NCBI GenBank assembly: GCA_951406725.2
Contig: OX597821.1
Span: 51,832,001-51,896,000 of the forward strand
DNA length: 64,000 bases
Source: Octopus vulgaris
Lineage: Eukaryota
Direction of reading: 5' to 3'
In this document: positions 38,985 to 56,318 of the stretch, piece by piece
How positions within the stretch are numbered: the stretch's first letter is position 1
Layout of the letters: each line of letters opens with the position of its first letter
Program-made: the position numbers and the translations under genes
Notes under the pieces: generated by a model
Database searches by the model: none
Told to the model about the DNA's origin: nothing
Seen by the model: the letters and a program-made list of their open reading frames with translations, nothing else

Positions 38985-40433
38985 ATTGTAATAAGATGTT
39001 ATCATGAGGAAGATTTGGCTGCTATTTCTAATTTCCAACAGGTTGAGCAAGCACATGGAAGCTCCACCATGCTTCATGTAGTAACACTTGTCGTTGAGTT
39101 CAATTGGTACAATCACTAAAACATGAGATAAAATACCTTTAATTATTCAGTTCTGGCTCTTTAGATTTAGAATTCAAATTTCACAAGGGCCAACTTTGTC
39201 TTTCATCTTTTTGAAGTTCATAAAGTACCAGTAAAGTACTCATCTAAATATAATTGACTGCCAACCTTTGATACCATGCAATGTGCTAGCATGGTGCAAT
39301 GTGGATCAAATCCTTGCCCATATCTGGATCTCTGACAACAGATGAGATGATCCACTGTTGATGTGCACAGCCATCACATCAATATTACTTGTTTATATAG
39401 GGTGGTGAGCCGGCAGAAATGTTACCGTGCCAGAAAAATTGCTAAGTGAAGGCAGTGAGTTCAAATTCCACCGAGGTCAACTTTGCCTTTTATCCTTTCG
39501 GGGTCAATTAAATAAGTACCAGTTATACACTAGGGTTGATATAATCGACTTAATCCGTTTGTCTGTCCTTGTTTGTCCCCTCTGTGTGTAGCCCCTTGTG
39601 GGCAGTAAAGAAATAAGAAAAATTGCTAAGCAGCATTTCTTCTGATTTTATGCTCTGTGTTCAAATGCTACCAAAGTCATCTTTGCCATTCATCCTTCAG
39701 GGTCAATGAAATAAGTACTAGTTGAGTACTGGGGTTGATGTGATTGATTCACAGCCTTCTGTGAATTTGCTGGCCTTGTGCCAAAATTGAAACCAATATT
39801 ATTTGTTAATATTACCCTGCCAAAACAGACACAGTAGCCTGGGGCAGTCTTCTACCTAGCCAGCTCCTGTCAACCATCCTACCCAGGCATGCATGGAAGA
39901 GGGACATTAAGCGACAACAACGATGATGGTGATGATGATTACTGTCTACACCATATACACACCCAATCTCTCTCTCAGAGAGGGAGAGAGAGATAAAATA
40001 AAGGGGGGGGGGTGTATAGTGTGTAGTTACTATGTCTTTAGGAAAGACATAGTAACTACACACTATACATACACACATACACACACACACACATCTTTAT
40101 TTTCATCTTTTACTTCTTTCAGTCAGTGGACAGAGGCCATGCTGGGGCACCATGTTGAAAAGTTTAGTTGAACAAATCAACCCCAGGACTTTTTTTTTAA
40201 GCTGATGCTTATTCTATCAGTCTCTTTCGCCAAACCGCTGGGTTATGGAAATGTAAACAAATTAACACTGATTGTCAAAGAGACAAACCTAACACAAACA
40301 CAAAGACATACAGACACATAAATGCATATACCAAATCCACTGATAAAGCACTGGTAGAGTTCCATGCAGTGGGACTGAACCAAAGATCACATGGTTGGGA
40401 AGCAAGCTTCTCAACCATACAGCAGCAGATATA

Positions 40434-40502
<69 letters not shown>

Positions 40503-40908
40503 TGTCGGCATTTTTCGAGTAGCGTGCGTATTGTGAAAAATTATATGGTAATGGACAATATGTCCAATTCTCGGCATATTTGACATTAGAAATTTTTTCG
40601 TTTGCCCTTATTTATAAGTTGTATATAGATATATATATATATGTATAATATATGCATGTGTGTGTATGTATGTGTATGTGCATGTATGTATGCATATATG
40701 TGTGTGTGTGTATATATATATATATATGTATGTGTATATATGTGTGTGTGTGTGTGTATTTATCCATGTTGTTGATGAATATTCACTTATGAGGATAGTC
40801 TAACAATGCAGTTTGTTATATTTAACTTAAGTCGAAAATTCTGGTACTGTGCACCATCTCTTAGCAGATATATGTATATATATATATATGTATATATATA
40901 TATGTATG

Positions 40909-40948
<40 letters not shown>

Positions 40949-41017
40949 TATATATGTACATATATATATATATGTATATATATATATATGTATGTATGTA
41001 TGTGTTGTGTATATATA

Positions 41018-41048
<31 letters not shown>

Positions 41049-41202
41049 GTATATATATATATGGCCCCAGCATGGCCACAGCTCGTGAGCTGAAACTAGA
41101 TAAGATGAAAAATGAAAAAATATATGTATATATGTATGTATGTATATATGTGTGTGTATATGCATGTATGTATGTATGTATGTGTATATGTATGTGTAGA
41201 TG

Positions 41203-41261
<59 letters not shown>

Positions 41262-41424
41262 CTATATGAGTTAGATGTTAATAAACTATCTAAGGGATAT
41301 TGAATATCCAATATACCACTGGATCTGTACCTACATATTTTTAACCAACTGCTTTCTATTGCATGGCAATATTGCAATTGAATACTAGGTATGAGTGGGG
41401 TAAATTGGAAATTTACCCAATATT

Positions 41425-41914
41425 TATAAGGCAAATAAGAAAATGGAGAGGATATAAAATTGACAAAAATCAGCCAGTAAACATGCCATTATTTATTAAG
41501 TGGTAACAAATGTGTGTTTAAGTAGTACAAGTAAATGAATGAGATCAGCCAATAAATACGTAAACAGATATATATAGAGAGAGAGAAGAATGAATAATAA
41601 TAGATGAGTGTACAGATACAAATCACTTACGTCCGTTTCTACCATGAGGTCTCAGACTCCTCTGAGTCATCCTCATCGTGTCAGTGACATATGGCCGTAA
41701 GTGATTTGTAGCTGTACACTCATCTATTATTATTCATTCGTCTCTCTTTATATATAGATATATATCTGCTTACGCATTTATTGGCTGATCTCATTCATTT
41801 ACTTGTACCACTTAAACACATGTTTGTTATCATTTAATAAATAGATATAATGGAATGTTTACTAGCTGATGTTTGTCGATTTTATATTCGCTCCATTTTC
41901 TTATTCACCTCATA
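41425..41914. mobile_element. Fold-back element, ~210-bp inverted arms with a structured ~55-bp centre
   Basis: e.g. gatgagtgtacagatacaaatcacttacg vs cgtaagtgatttgtagctgtacactcatc; aatgagatcagccaataaat vs atttattggctgatctcatt. Confidence 0.8.
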
Positions 41915-41937
41915 TATATATATATATATATATACAT

Positions 41938-42789
41938 GCATATATGGGTACAGGACATCACCAACAGTGCAAATAACATGAAATATGTAAACAAACGAGG
42001 GAAAAGGAGTAAAATATGTAAGCAACGAGAAAAAAGTTAACACAGAGAAAGGACCCTTCATCAGTTGTTGGCTGTCTATTTACTACACATTTCAAGCATT
42101 CAATGACATTATGAGTCTTCAAAGACAGTTGCTCCCATAAATTCTAAAATAACATCTAGGATTTATGGATGTTCAAAGTTGGGAACAAAGAAACGACAGT
42201 AGAGACATACAAGGAACCAAACAGAAACAAACATGGAGTGTTGTTAGACCAGAATGAGAGGAAAATAGTGAAAGCTTGGAGGAAAAGATTTTGAAAAGAG
42301 AAAAGATATAAGAGAGAGAGAAATACATGTCTGCTCATTTTGATGCCATGCAGGAAAAGACAGATGGTCATGGGAGGAAAAGAAAGATGGACGATGGTCA
42401 CGTGTGAGCAATGAGAAAGAGAGGGAGAAAAAGAGGAAGGGGGAGAGAGACAGATAGAAAACAGTGAAGGAGGGAGGGGGAGAAAAAGAGCATTAGAGAA
42501 GGATGGAGGAAGTAAACAGTATAGAGTAGAGAGTGGCATCAAAAAGGTGAAGATAAACTTACTTGACCCTCCATAAATCCTAAATTATATTTTAGAATTT
42601 ATGGGAGCAACTGTCATTGAAGACTCATATTGTCAATGAATGCTCGAAATGTAGAATAGATAGACAGCTGACTACTGATGAAGGGTCCTTTCTCTGTGTT
42701 AACTTGTCCTGTTTCCCATTTTTTCTCACTGTTTATGTATTTCATGTTATTTGCAACATTGGTGACGTCCTGTACCCATATATGCATGT

Positions 42790-42790
<1 letters not shown>
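41938..42790. mobile_element. Fold-back element, ~230-bp inverted arms around a purine-rich spacer
   Basis: gggtacaggac...gttgctcccataaattctaaaat vs attttagaatttatgggagcaac...gtcctgtaccc; both arms carry CTGATGAAGGG. Confidence 0.75.
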
Positions 42791-42832
<42 letters not shown>

Positions 42833-43155
42833 ATTCACAATCAAAGGAGCAGAAATGGCATACTCCGAATGAATAAGGTACCGTAATCTAATGGAAGAGA
42901 GGGATTCGGGAATCGGGTACTTCAAAACAGTCAAAGGGATGGGAGTGGGGGTGTTCGTGTGAGCATGATATATATCCATACATATATATTTATATATATA
43001 TATATACATACACACACACACAGACATACTGTAACTGCACATTCTATCTAGTAATTATACACATATCGTATAATCACTTCATACATTATTGTTACTTTCT
43101 TTCATGTCCTTACCTGATACATTGCTTTTAATTTACATACGTGTATGTGTATGAC

Positions 43156-43206
<51 letters not shown>

Positions 43207-43564
43207 ATGTGCAACAATCAGTTGTATATTTGGTTACAGCATTTATGTCATACTGTCATAGTGACCTACTCCTGTAGTTGAAAAGTTTTTGAAAGCACAC
43301 ATATACATACATACATACATACATACACACATGCACATATGCATACATACATACATACATACATACATACATACATACATACATACATACATACATACAT
43401 ACATACATAAATGCATACATACATATATATATAGATCAAAACAGTTTGATTCACACTCCTTGATACTCTGAGTTTCAAGTATGTGGCTAGTCTTCAGCCA
43501 TTGGGGTCTGAATATAATTCTCAGTAAATGTGTTGAGTGCTCTTCTTTCATTTGTCTACTCATT

Positions 43565-43605
<41 letters not shown>

Positions 43606-43732
43606 GATGGGCTTCTTTCAGTTTCCATCTACCAAATACACTCACAAGGCTTTGGTCAACCTGTGACTATAGTAGAAGACACTTGCCCAAGGTGTCACTA
43701 GATGAAACTGAACCTGGAACCATATGGCAAAT

Positions 43733-44030
43733 CCTGGTACCAAACTTTGCCATTGAAAGTTACATAAATACCAGAATGGAGTGTCATTGTGCAATGCTAA
43801 TGATTCCACTGTCACCATCAAGATACAGGACCAGATACTGCAATAGCCTAAGTTTCAAGGGCCCACAGCTCTTCAGTATCCTTCCAAAAAGCCCAAGAAA
43901 TCTGCATGGGGTGAATGAATGTGTTTCCAAAGCAAAACCGAATTTCTGCCTGGTAAAAGTTCCATATGAACCCTCCTCATGGTAGGAACTGCAGATGAGG
44001 AAAGCAAGATCAAAATCTCACATTCTCCAA
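43733..44030 (+). mobile_element. CR1/L2-group LINE 3' fragment
   Basis: NSLSFKGPQLFSILPKSPRNLHGV..SKAKPNFCLVKVPYEP resembles the CR1-type C-terminus GPRLFN.LP..IRN..FK.KLD.FL..VPDEP. Confidence 0.65.
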
Positions 44031-44133
44031 ATGCCACTTATCAGATTAAATTTCAAGAAGTGAAAGTGTAATGAAGCTAATGGTAGTGCTTTAGCATGGC
44101 CAAAGCTCTTGAGATGAAACTAGTAAAAAATAA

Positions 44134-44175
<42 letters not shown>

Positions 44176-44820
44176 ATGTATGTATGTATGTATGTATGTA
44201 TGTATGTATGTATGTATGTATGTATGTATATATGTATTATATATCAATATTACATGCTACACACTTCCCTGTGTATGTATATATATATGTGTGTGGGGGG
44301 GGTGTATGTGTTTGTGTGTGCGTGTGTGTGTGTGTTGGCATGTAAAAGCACCCACCACACTCTCAGAGTGGTTGGCGTTAGGAAGGGCATCCAGCTGTAG
44401 AAACTCTGCCCAATCAGATTGGAGCCTGGTGTAGCCATCTGGTTCACCAGTCCTCAGTCAAATCGTCCAACCCATGCTAGCATGGAAAGCAGACTTAAAC
44501 GATGATGATGATGATGATGATGATGATAATGATATTACGTGCTACATTCCTTCCCATTTCTGTGTGTGTAAATATGCATATATGTATAACTATATATATG
44601 TTTATGTGTACCTAAATGTTTCTCTCTATACTATACATACAAATACATAATTTTTTTTTTTGCATCTACTTTTCAATGTTCACATGTGTTGGGTTGGGTC
44701 AGGTCGGGTTGGTTTGTACAGATGCTCTTCCACATTGCATCCTGCCACTTGTTGCATTCCTCTGTCAATTCTTTTTGAAGTTCAGCATCCTGACAAGTGT
44801 GTGTGTATGCATATATACAT

Positions 44821-44859
<39 letters not shown>

Positions 44860-45428
44860 CACGTCTGTAGCAAATAAGTTTGAAGTAGATAGGATGTGGT
44901 GGAGTCAGGAGTCAGACACATCCTTTCACTATGTATCACCACCACCGCCACCACTGCTGCTGCTGCTGCCACCGCCACCACCACCACCACCACCACCACT
45001 TAGATGTATTTCTTGTTATATCCATTTTTACATAGAAATCACCCACCCCAAAACCAACTAACCAAACAGTCAGACAGACAGACAGACAGACAACCATTTT
45101 ACCAGCAGTTATTTGCTTGTTGTTGTTGTTATTGTTGTTGTTGCTGTTGTATCGATTGATGCAAGATTCCAGTTTGTTGCTAAATTTAGAAACACAACTA
45201 ACTGAAAAGTGTGGGAGGCAGAAGTGTTTGTGTGTGTGCGTGTGTGTGTGTGTGTGTGTGTGCTTGTGAGAGAGAGAGAGAGAGGTGGTGTGATCGTGTG
45301 AGAAAGAAAGAAAGAAAGGAAGAAAGGAGAGAGTGAGAGAGAGAGAGAGAGTTCAAGCAGAGAGCGTCTGGATGAGTGTATTTGATGGAGGACCACTCTA
45401 TCAGAGATAGGGGACATAAACCATTTAG

Positions 45429-45462
<34 letters not shown>

Positions 45463-46286
45463 CCTTCTGTCAACACATTCTAGAGCTTGTCTGCAGCGAC
45501 AACGAAAACAAGACTGAATAAATGTATGTATGCATGTTTGTATGCAAGTATGTGTGTACTGCTGTTGATGCTGTTGTTATCGTCATCCTTGTTGTTGTTG
45601 TTGTTGCTGTTGCTGTTGTTGCTGTCAGTGCAGTTGCTGACTCATTCACTTTGTACACACGACAGGCAAATCTCAACAGTCCAGTCAATGTCTTCATGCT
45701 TTACATAAAGATGTACAAAATATATCAGTTGTTAAATATTGAACTAATTAATTATACTTATATGATGACAATAAGAAACTTTAGTTCAATGACAAAATAA
45801 TATTTTAATGTTTTATAAATAAGCAAGGCTTACAACTCTGGAAATGTTCTTAGTATTATTACACCTTAATGAAACAATCTTCCTTGTATTTACCATATGA
45901 ATTACAGCACTAACAACAACAACAACAACAACGATTATAGGCACAAGGCCTGAAATTTTGGGAGAGGGGACAAGTCGATTACATTGACCCCAGTATGTCA
46001 CTGGTACTTGATTTATCGACTCTGAAAGGATGAAAGACGTAGTTGACCTCAGTGGAATTTAAATTCAGAATGTAAAGATGGACAAAATGTTGCTATTCAT
46101 TTCACCTGGCATGCTAACGATTGTGCCAGCTCGCCACCTAATTTACCATATTAATTATAAGAGATATGTATAGACACGTCACAAGAATAGGATATCAAAC
46201 ATTATTGTACAAGACTCCAAATCTCACTCCAAACATGACCCACCAGCTTAAAAGTGAGAAATTCTATATCAATAGTTCTAGATATG

Positions 46287-46538
46287 TGGAGGTGTGTGGC
46301 TTAGTGGTTAGGGTGTCAGCATCATAATCATAAGATTATGGTTTTGATTCCTGGACTGGGCGACGTGTTGTGTTCTTGAGCAAAACACTTCGTTTCACGT
46401 TGCTCCAGTCCACTCAGCTGGCAAAAATGAGTAACGCTGCGATGGACTGGTGTCCCATCCAGCTGGGGAACACATACACTATTGATACCGGGTCCCTGAG
46501 CCTGGCTAGGCTTTAAAAGGGCGCATTTATTATTTGTC
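46287..46538 (+). mobile_element. tRNA-SINE with V-domain-like core; 14-bp TSD
   Basis: TSD ATAGTTCTAGATAT at 46272-46285 and 46539-46552. Confidence 0.85.
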
Positions 46539-48571
46539 ATAGTTCTAGATATATGGTGTCGGAAAAATATATAAATAGAAAAATAAGATAGTTAAAGGTG
46601 GAATGCCTTTGAGTTGATCTGAGGTTAAACAACATTGAAAGCTATCACTGCCACACTATCATGCTGTCTCGTGTGATCCTATTTATACTTCAGTGTCTGT
46701 AAAAGGTATGATCAAAAGCCATCTCTGAAATACATACATATATATACACGTACATGCATACATACATATATATGTATATATGTATGCATATATGCTGGTA
46801 TTGGGAATTGCATTCTATGCATTGACCTGAGCATAGAACAGAGCTTGTCCCTTTGAGGTGGAAAATGAAAGGAATGCCTGGTGCGTGTCCTGTTTTGGCT
46901 ACACACTCCTAAAAACATGGGGGATAGGCCTGGGTATATATAAAAAGAAATGTATGTATATCCATGTATACATACATATATGATGGCTGCCTCCTCGTTA
47001 TCGAGTATGGCCATTGCATGAAGCTTAACTGTTATTGGTGCTGTGATCGAATGTGACTTTTTATGTGACACACATACATACATACATACATACATACGTA
47101 CACATACATACATACATACATACATACATACATACGTAAACATACATATAAACACATCATCATCATCAACATTTAATGTCCACTTTCCATGCTGGCATGG
47201 GTTAGATGATTTTTGACTGGAACTGGTAAGCAGGAGAGCTGCACCAAGTTCCAGTCTGGTTTGGCATGCTTTCTACAGCTGGCTGCCCTTCCTAATGCCA
47301 ACCACTCCAAGAGTATAATGGATGTTTTTTACGTGTCACTGGCACATGAGTGCCATTTACGGGGCTTGATGAATTTTACATACAAACATACATATATATA
47401 TGTTTATATATATGTGTGTGTGTGTGTACGCATGTGCATTCGAGTAGATTGACTATATATATATATATTATATATATGTATATATACAAACAAATATATA
47501 TGCATATAAGTATGTACATGTACATACATGTCTTTTACTTTTTCAGTCATTAGACTGTGACCATGCTGGGACTCTACCTTGAAGAATTTTTAGTTGAATG
47601 AATTGACTCCAGGACTTTTCTTTTTTCTAAAGCCTGGTACTTATTCTATCAGTCTCTATTGTTGAACTGCTAAGTGGAGAGGCATAAGCACACCAGCACC
47701 GGTTGTCAAGAGGTGGTAGTGGTGGAGGGGACAAACATAGGCACAAAGGCATATGCACATATATATATACACACACACACATATACACAAAAGGCTTCTT
47801 TCAGTTTCTTATTTCTTTACTGCCCACAAGGGGCTACTCACAGAGGGGACAAACAAGGACAGACAAATGGATTAAGTCAATCACATCGACCCCAGTACAC
47901 AACTGGTACTTAATTTATCGACCTTGAAAGGATGAAATGCAAAGTCGACCTCGGTGGAATTTGAACTCAGAATGTAGCAGCAGATGAAATACCACTAATC
48001 CTTTTGCTTGGCGTGCTAACATTTCTGCCAGCTCTCCACCTTCAGTTTCTGTCTACCTTTCAGTTTCTTTCTGCCACATTCACTTACAAGGCTTCAACCC
48101 AAGGCTCTAGTAGAAGACACCTGCTCAAAGTGCAACTAGAGAGCTGCACAAGGCTCTAGTCGTCCATTTTTGTATAGTTTGTATAGCTGGGTGTCATTCC
48201 TAATGCCAGCCACTCTACAAAGTGTACTGGATGCTTCTTACATGGTGCCAGCACGGGTGCATCCTATGTGTGTTAGGGATGAGTACTATTTTATGTGATG
48301 CAGGCATAAGGGAATTTTTATCTGGCACCAACATAGGTGCTTTGTGTGTGACACTAGCATGAATACTTTTAATGCAGCATTAGCACAAGATATATGACTG
48401 TGTGTACCGTTGGCGATTTTTTTTCCTCTGTCTTCCCTTCTCCTATGTTTCCGACGAAGAGCTCTGCCTGAAACGTTAAACCCTCCTTCTTTCCTGAGCG
48501 TCCAATAATATTATATCTGTTCCACGTCCTCGCGTTGTTGTGTTTTTTTGTGCTTTCTTGTTTGGATTAAC

Positions 48572-48602
<31 letters not shown>

Positions 48603-48724
48603 ATGTATATGTCTACATACTTATCTGAAAATACATCTATATATACACATTTGTATGTGTGTGTACATATAAGTATTTATGTATGTGTGTGTGTGTGTGT
48701 GTGCATGTATGTATATTCAGTCAC

Positions 48725-49430
48725 TGATGGGTTTCAATTTTTAAAGACTTCCTTAATTTTACAAATAAATGCATGAAGTTTTGATACAATATAAAGGACA
48801 TAATGGAAACTAATCTGGACAAGTCAAATTTTGCAACACCACCACATCACATATGACATCGCTTAAATGACAGCCATTTTCAGCTTTGCACGCCTGTGCT
48901 CTTTCCAAAATTTGCACCATAACACCCTCAAGAGTTTCCCACCCCACTTCTCTGATTTATATATATATAATGAAATTATTGTATACAGTGCTCAGGTGCA
49001 CCACAACTTGTCAGAAAGTGCATATAAAGTACATGCAGTAATGTAGAAATGTCTGGAAAGTGAACATGCTTGTGTGTATATGGAGGGGAGAAAATCAAGT
49101 GTAGTGTTGGCGAATCTCAGGAAGCATGGAAGTTTTGAAGGATGCAGTGCTCCGACAACTAACAACCGTCTTCTTCAGTTGCACCAGGATCTCCAGTTTG
49201 TTGACGTAAACCCTTTCTTTCAGGTATTCCTACAAGAAAAAATCCAGGCTAGTCAAGTCTGGGGAGCATGAAGGCCAGTTGACATTGCCGTAGCAGGGGA
49301 TTATTCTCTCTCCAAAGCACTGCCATAGCAACTGCATTGCTTCTTTAGCAGTATGAGCAGTTGCCCCTTCTTGCTGGAACCATGTGTGGGGTCTTCTTTG
49401 AATGGCTGGGCACAAAATGGTCTCAATCAT
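48725..49430 (-). mobile_element. Degraded DD41D (rosa/Visitor-type) Tc1/mariner transposase C-terminal part, interrupted by a CR1-like 3' end (~48965-49166)
   Basis: WFQQEGATAHTA...WPSCSPDLTSLDFFL*EYLKERVY, with 41 residues between the second and third catalytic positions; continues after the insertion as IREVGWETLEGVMVQILERAQACKAENGCHLSDVI. Confidence 0.75.
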
Positions 49431-49961
49431 GGATACCTGTACTTATACCAGTGCTTATTTTCTTAAGCCAGGAATTTTTATATTGGTCTCTTTTGTCAAA
49501 CTGCTAAGTTACAGAGATATCAACACACCAGCACTAGTTGCCAAGTGGCGATTGGTGACAAACACAAGCACAAAGGCATACACACTCACACATATGCACG
49601 CACACACACACACACGCACACACACACACGAGCTTCTTTCAATTTCTCTCTATGAAATCCTCTCACAAGTCTTTGGTTGGCCCAAAGCTATAGTAGAAAA
49701 CATTTGTCCAAGGTGCCACACAGTTGGGCTGAACTAAGACCCATGTAGTTGGAAAGCAAGCTTTTTACCATGCAGCATGCATGCCCTTCTTCAACTTCTC
49801 CCCAGTTATTAGTATTCACCTTTATATAATGTGGGGTAGCCATGTATCTCCTCTGTTGCAAGACACGTGTGCTTGTCCTTCTAGCATACTTTAACTTTTC
49901 AACACCCTTCTCAAATGGGGCATATCGAGGGTGGGGGGCTCCCCTCCCTAATATGCCCTTA

Positions 49962-49992
<31 letters not shown>

Positions 49993-50275
49993 CATCACAA
50001 TCATCACCATTGTCTTTTAATATTTGCTTTTCCATACTTGCAAGGGTCAACAAGAGTCTATTGCATCAGATTTTTCGAAGTCCTTCCTGTCACCATCTTG
50101 TTATCATCTCACTTGTTTCCAAGTTAGGTAATATTTCCCGGTACCTTGACATGTTTTTGCAGAATATTGGAAATGAATGCCACTACTTATACAACAAGGG
50201 CAATCATTTTATAACTATCACATGATGTCAAGACAAGGAGACAAAAATATTCACACACTCAGAAAAATACATGCA

Positions 50276-50394
<119 letters not shown>

Positions 50395-50763
50395 ATATAT
50401 ATATATACATACTTATATGATGGGCTTCTTTTAGTTTCCATCTACCAAATTCACTTACAAGGCTTTGATCAGCCTGTTGCTATAGTAGAAAACACTTGCC
50501 TGAGGTGACATGCAGTGGGACTGAACCCAGATCCATGTTGTTGGGAAAAAAACTTCTTACAACATAGCGACACCTGCACGTCACACATAGTTCTATACAT
50601 ACATACGTGTGTGCGTGTTTGTGTATGTGCACATATATATACATGTATATATATATACATGTATATATATATATTTTGATCAATTTACTCCACCACCTAC
50701 ACCACCAAACAGTATACACAGGTGCTTATAATTATCAAGTACTCACCCCGATTTTCTATACTC

Positions 50764-50800
<37 letters not shown>

Positions 50801-50884
50801 CACACATATCTGTACAAACACTGACACACACACATGCATATCAGAGAGAGAGGGGGAGAGAGAGTCGGTAAGAGAATGACACAT

Positions 50885-52010
50885 ACCAGCACGAGTCAAA
50901 AGTTTTTTTGTGTTTCAAACTTTAATTAATAGTTCAAGCGAATTACATGCAAAGGGCATATATTCATTGAAATATATCCTATCATATTCTATTGTCTGTT
51001 GCTATCATTGTGCCTGTTCAATTCCACGCTTAAACCATTTGGGTAGTCTAGGAATAAAAAAACTTCCTGCACCTGTTTCAGCCTTATCCACATTGTGGAG
51101 CCTTATTTCAGGCAGGAAATGAGCCATAGATGGGAAAAGTTAGTAATCTAATAGTGCAAGGTCTGGACTGTAGGCAGGGTGAGGCAGCACTTCCAGCCTC
51201 TCAAGTTCCTCAACTTCATGTTTGGTCACAATGCCAGTATGTGCTGGGATATTGTCAAGCTGTAGGAGTATGTGTCTTCAATTGTCATGCTGTAAGAGAG
51301 TGCATTTTGAATGCCAGTTAGCAGGCTTTCAAAACATCATATACTCACTGCATTTGTTAAGCATAAAAATTAACATTCATAGTATATCAACCTCAGACAA
51401 GTTCAAAGTGCAACACCCCCTCAAAATTCCACCAAACACCACATGACTTTCTATTCAAACCACCCTTGTTTGACAAGTTCTGAAGAGTCTGACCAGAATG
51501 AAGCCACTGATTTCTCTTATTAGGATTATGAAAATTGATCCATTTTCAATTGCAGCTACAATTCAATGCCAAAAGTAGGCATCTTGAGGATTTGCCAGCA
51601 GTTGTTTGTAAATGTTCACACTTGATTGAGCCTGGTCATTGATCAAGTCCATGGAGAACTTCTCGACAGCATCTATTCACAATGCCAAGCTTATGAAGGT
51701 GTTGACTGATGATGCTTTGTGAAGGACCAAGTTCTGCCCATCAGTATACAAGTTCTTGCACTTGGCTGTTATTGAACCATTTCAAAGAATTGCCTCTTTC
51801 TTCCTCAACAGAAAGTCTCACAGATCTTGATTTGTCTTTGAGGCTGGTGTCACATTTCTTGAAACATCCAAACAAGCTTCTTGTCATGTTTGTTGACAAT
51901 TCCTGGGTCTTCTATATCGTAAATTTCTTTTGCCACTGGCCTTACTCTCAATCCTTTTTTCCTACAGGTAGTGTACAATGGCTCTTAATTGCAATTTTAC
52001 CATCACTCTT
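50885..52010 (-). mobile_element. Degraded near-full-length mariner transposon
   Basis: Minus strand VWWNFEGVLHFELV, LLQHDN, DNIPAHT...LEVLPHPAYSPDLALLDY*LFPSMAHFL; many stops and frameshifts. Confidence 0.85.
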
Positions 52011-52384
52011 TTTCAAAGCTATAAAATAAAGAACAAACAATAAATGTTTAAATGTTATATATAAACATAAAGAATAAATAATTCAGCAATGATTAAACAA
52101 CAAGCTGTAGCAAAATAATGATACAACATAGAGATACAAGCTGCCAAAAGTATCAGTGAAAATCCAGAAACTTCAACGTGTATAGATATATATACATGTT
52201 GATTAACTATTTAAATACTAAAAATATATCCACTGAATTAAAAGAACTCAATTAATAACATTTGTTAACCTTCAGTATAATATTATTACAATGCATTAAT
52301 CATAAATGAAATGAATTTAGCATATATACAAATTGGCTAAAGCAAATCTTCAGAGCAAAATATTTAGAATAATAAAAAAGCAAA

Positions 52385-52682
52385 GATGTTTCACAGGTGT
52401 TTCATTCTTTCATTGTAAGTTCTATAGCTGTTCCAATGATTAAATTATAAATATCAACATCTTTAAAGATAAATATAATTATGCAATTAATTTATAAAAA
52501 TAATGAATTTAAATCTGATTGTGTTTGGTTTTCATAATTCATTTTATTTCCTTATAAAATAGTCTATCCATCACATTTTAATTAATTATGTAGTTTCATG
52601 TATTTGATATATAATTATTTTTCAACCATTGAAACAGCTGTAGAAATTATATTGAAATTATGTAACACCTGTAAAAGTTTAA
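52385..52682. mobile_element. AT-rich MITE/fold-back element
   Basis: tttcacaggtgtttcat..ttctatagctgttccaatg vs cattgaaacagctgtagaa..atgtaacacctgtaaaa. Confidence 0.55.
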
Positions 52683-52780
52683 CTTTTTTGCTGTTTTAAA
52701 TATTTTATAACTGTAAATATATATATTATTTTATACTTCTTTAGAAGTTCAGAAATGAAAATAATATGATACACACACAC

Positions 52781-52811
<31 letters not shown>

Positions 52812-53517
52812 TACATACACATACACATATATAAACATACATACATACATATGCATATAACTACACACACTCAGTCAATGAATATTTGATGAAGACGTAA
52901 TCTATCAAAGGAAACACTTCCATATTTTTGATATTAAATTTAACTCCCGGCATATTACGTGTGGTGGATTTATTTGAACATTTAACAACAAAGAATATAT
53001 TTGATTTATATATGACTTCAAGAATCTGTGATAGTGACACACACACATACACAGACACAATACAAAAGTTTGTAGTGCTGGCTGAGAGTTTCTTCAAATG
53101 CAGTTGCCACATGTGATACTACCATTCTCGTGTGGGCCTGTGCAGCCACAGCAGATGTTGCACTACAATCAGAAGCTGATACAAATTCTTCAGGCACAGA
53201 TCCATGATATTTCGAGACTAATGGATGCTTATCTATATATATATATATATATATAATGTAATGGAGGGGTGTAGTTTAGTGGTCAGGTGCTGCATTCATA
53301 ATCATAATATTGTAGTTTTAACGCTTGGATCAGAGCAATGCATTGTGTTCTTGAACAAAACACTTCATTTCACATTGCTCCAGTCCACTCAGCTGGCAAA
53401 AATAAGTAATCTTTGCACCAGACCGGTGTCTAATCCCACATGGAATATATATGCCACAGAATCTGGGAAACCAGCCTTATGAGCTTATGGCTCAGGGAAG
53501 ACCTTTCATCCTTTTGA

Positions 53518-56318
<2,801 letters not shown>

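Noticed and set aside
44673-44790. Apparent minus-strand exon DAELQKELTEECNKWQDAMWKS
   Set aside because: Resembles the frameshifted RTE C-terminus (L..EMT.DR..W..AV); more likely a LINE 3' remnant.
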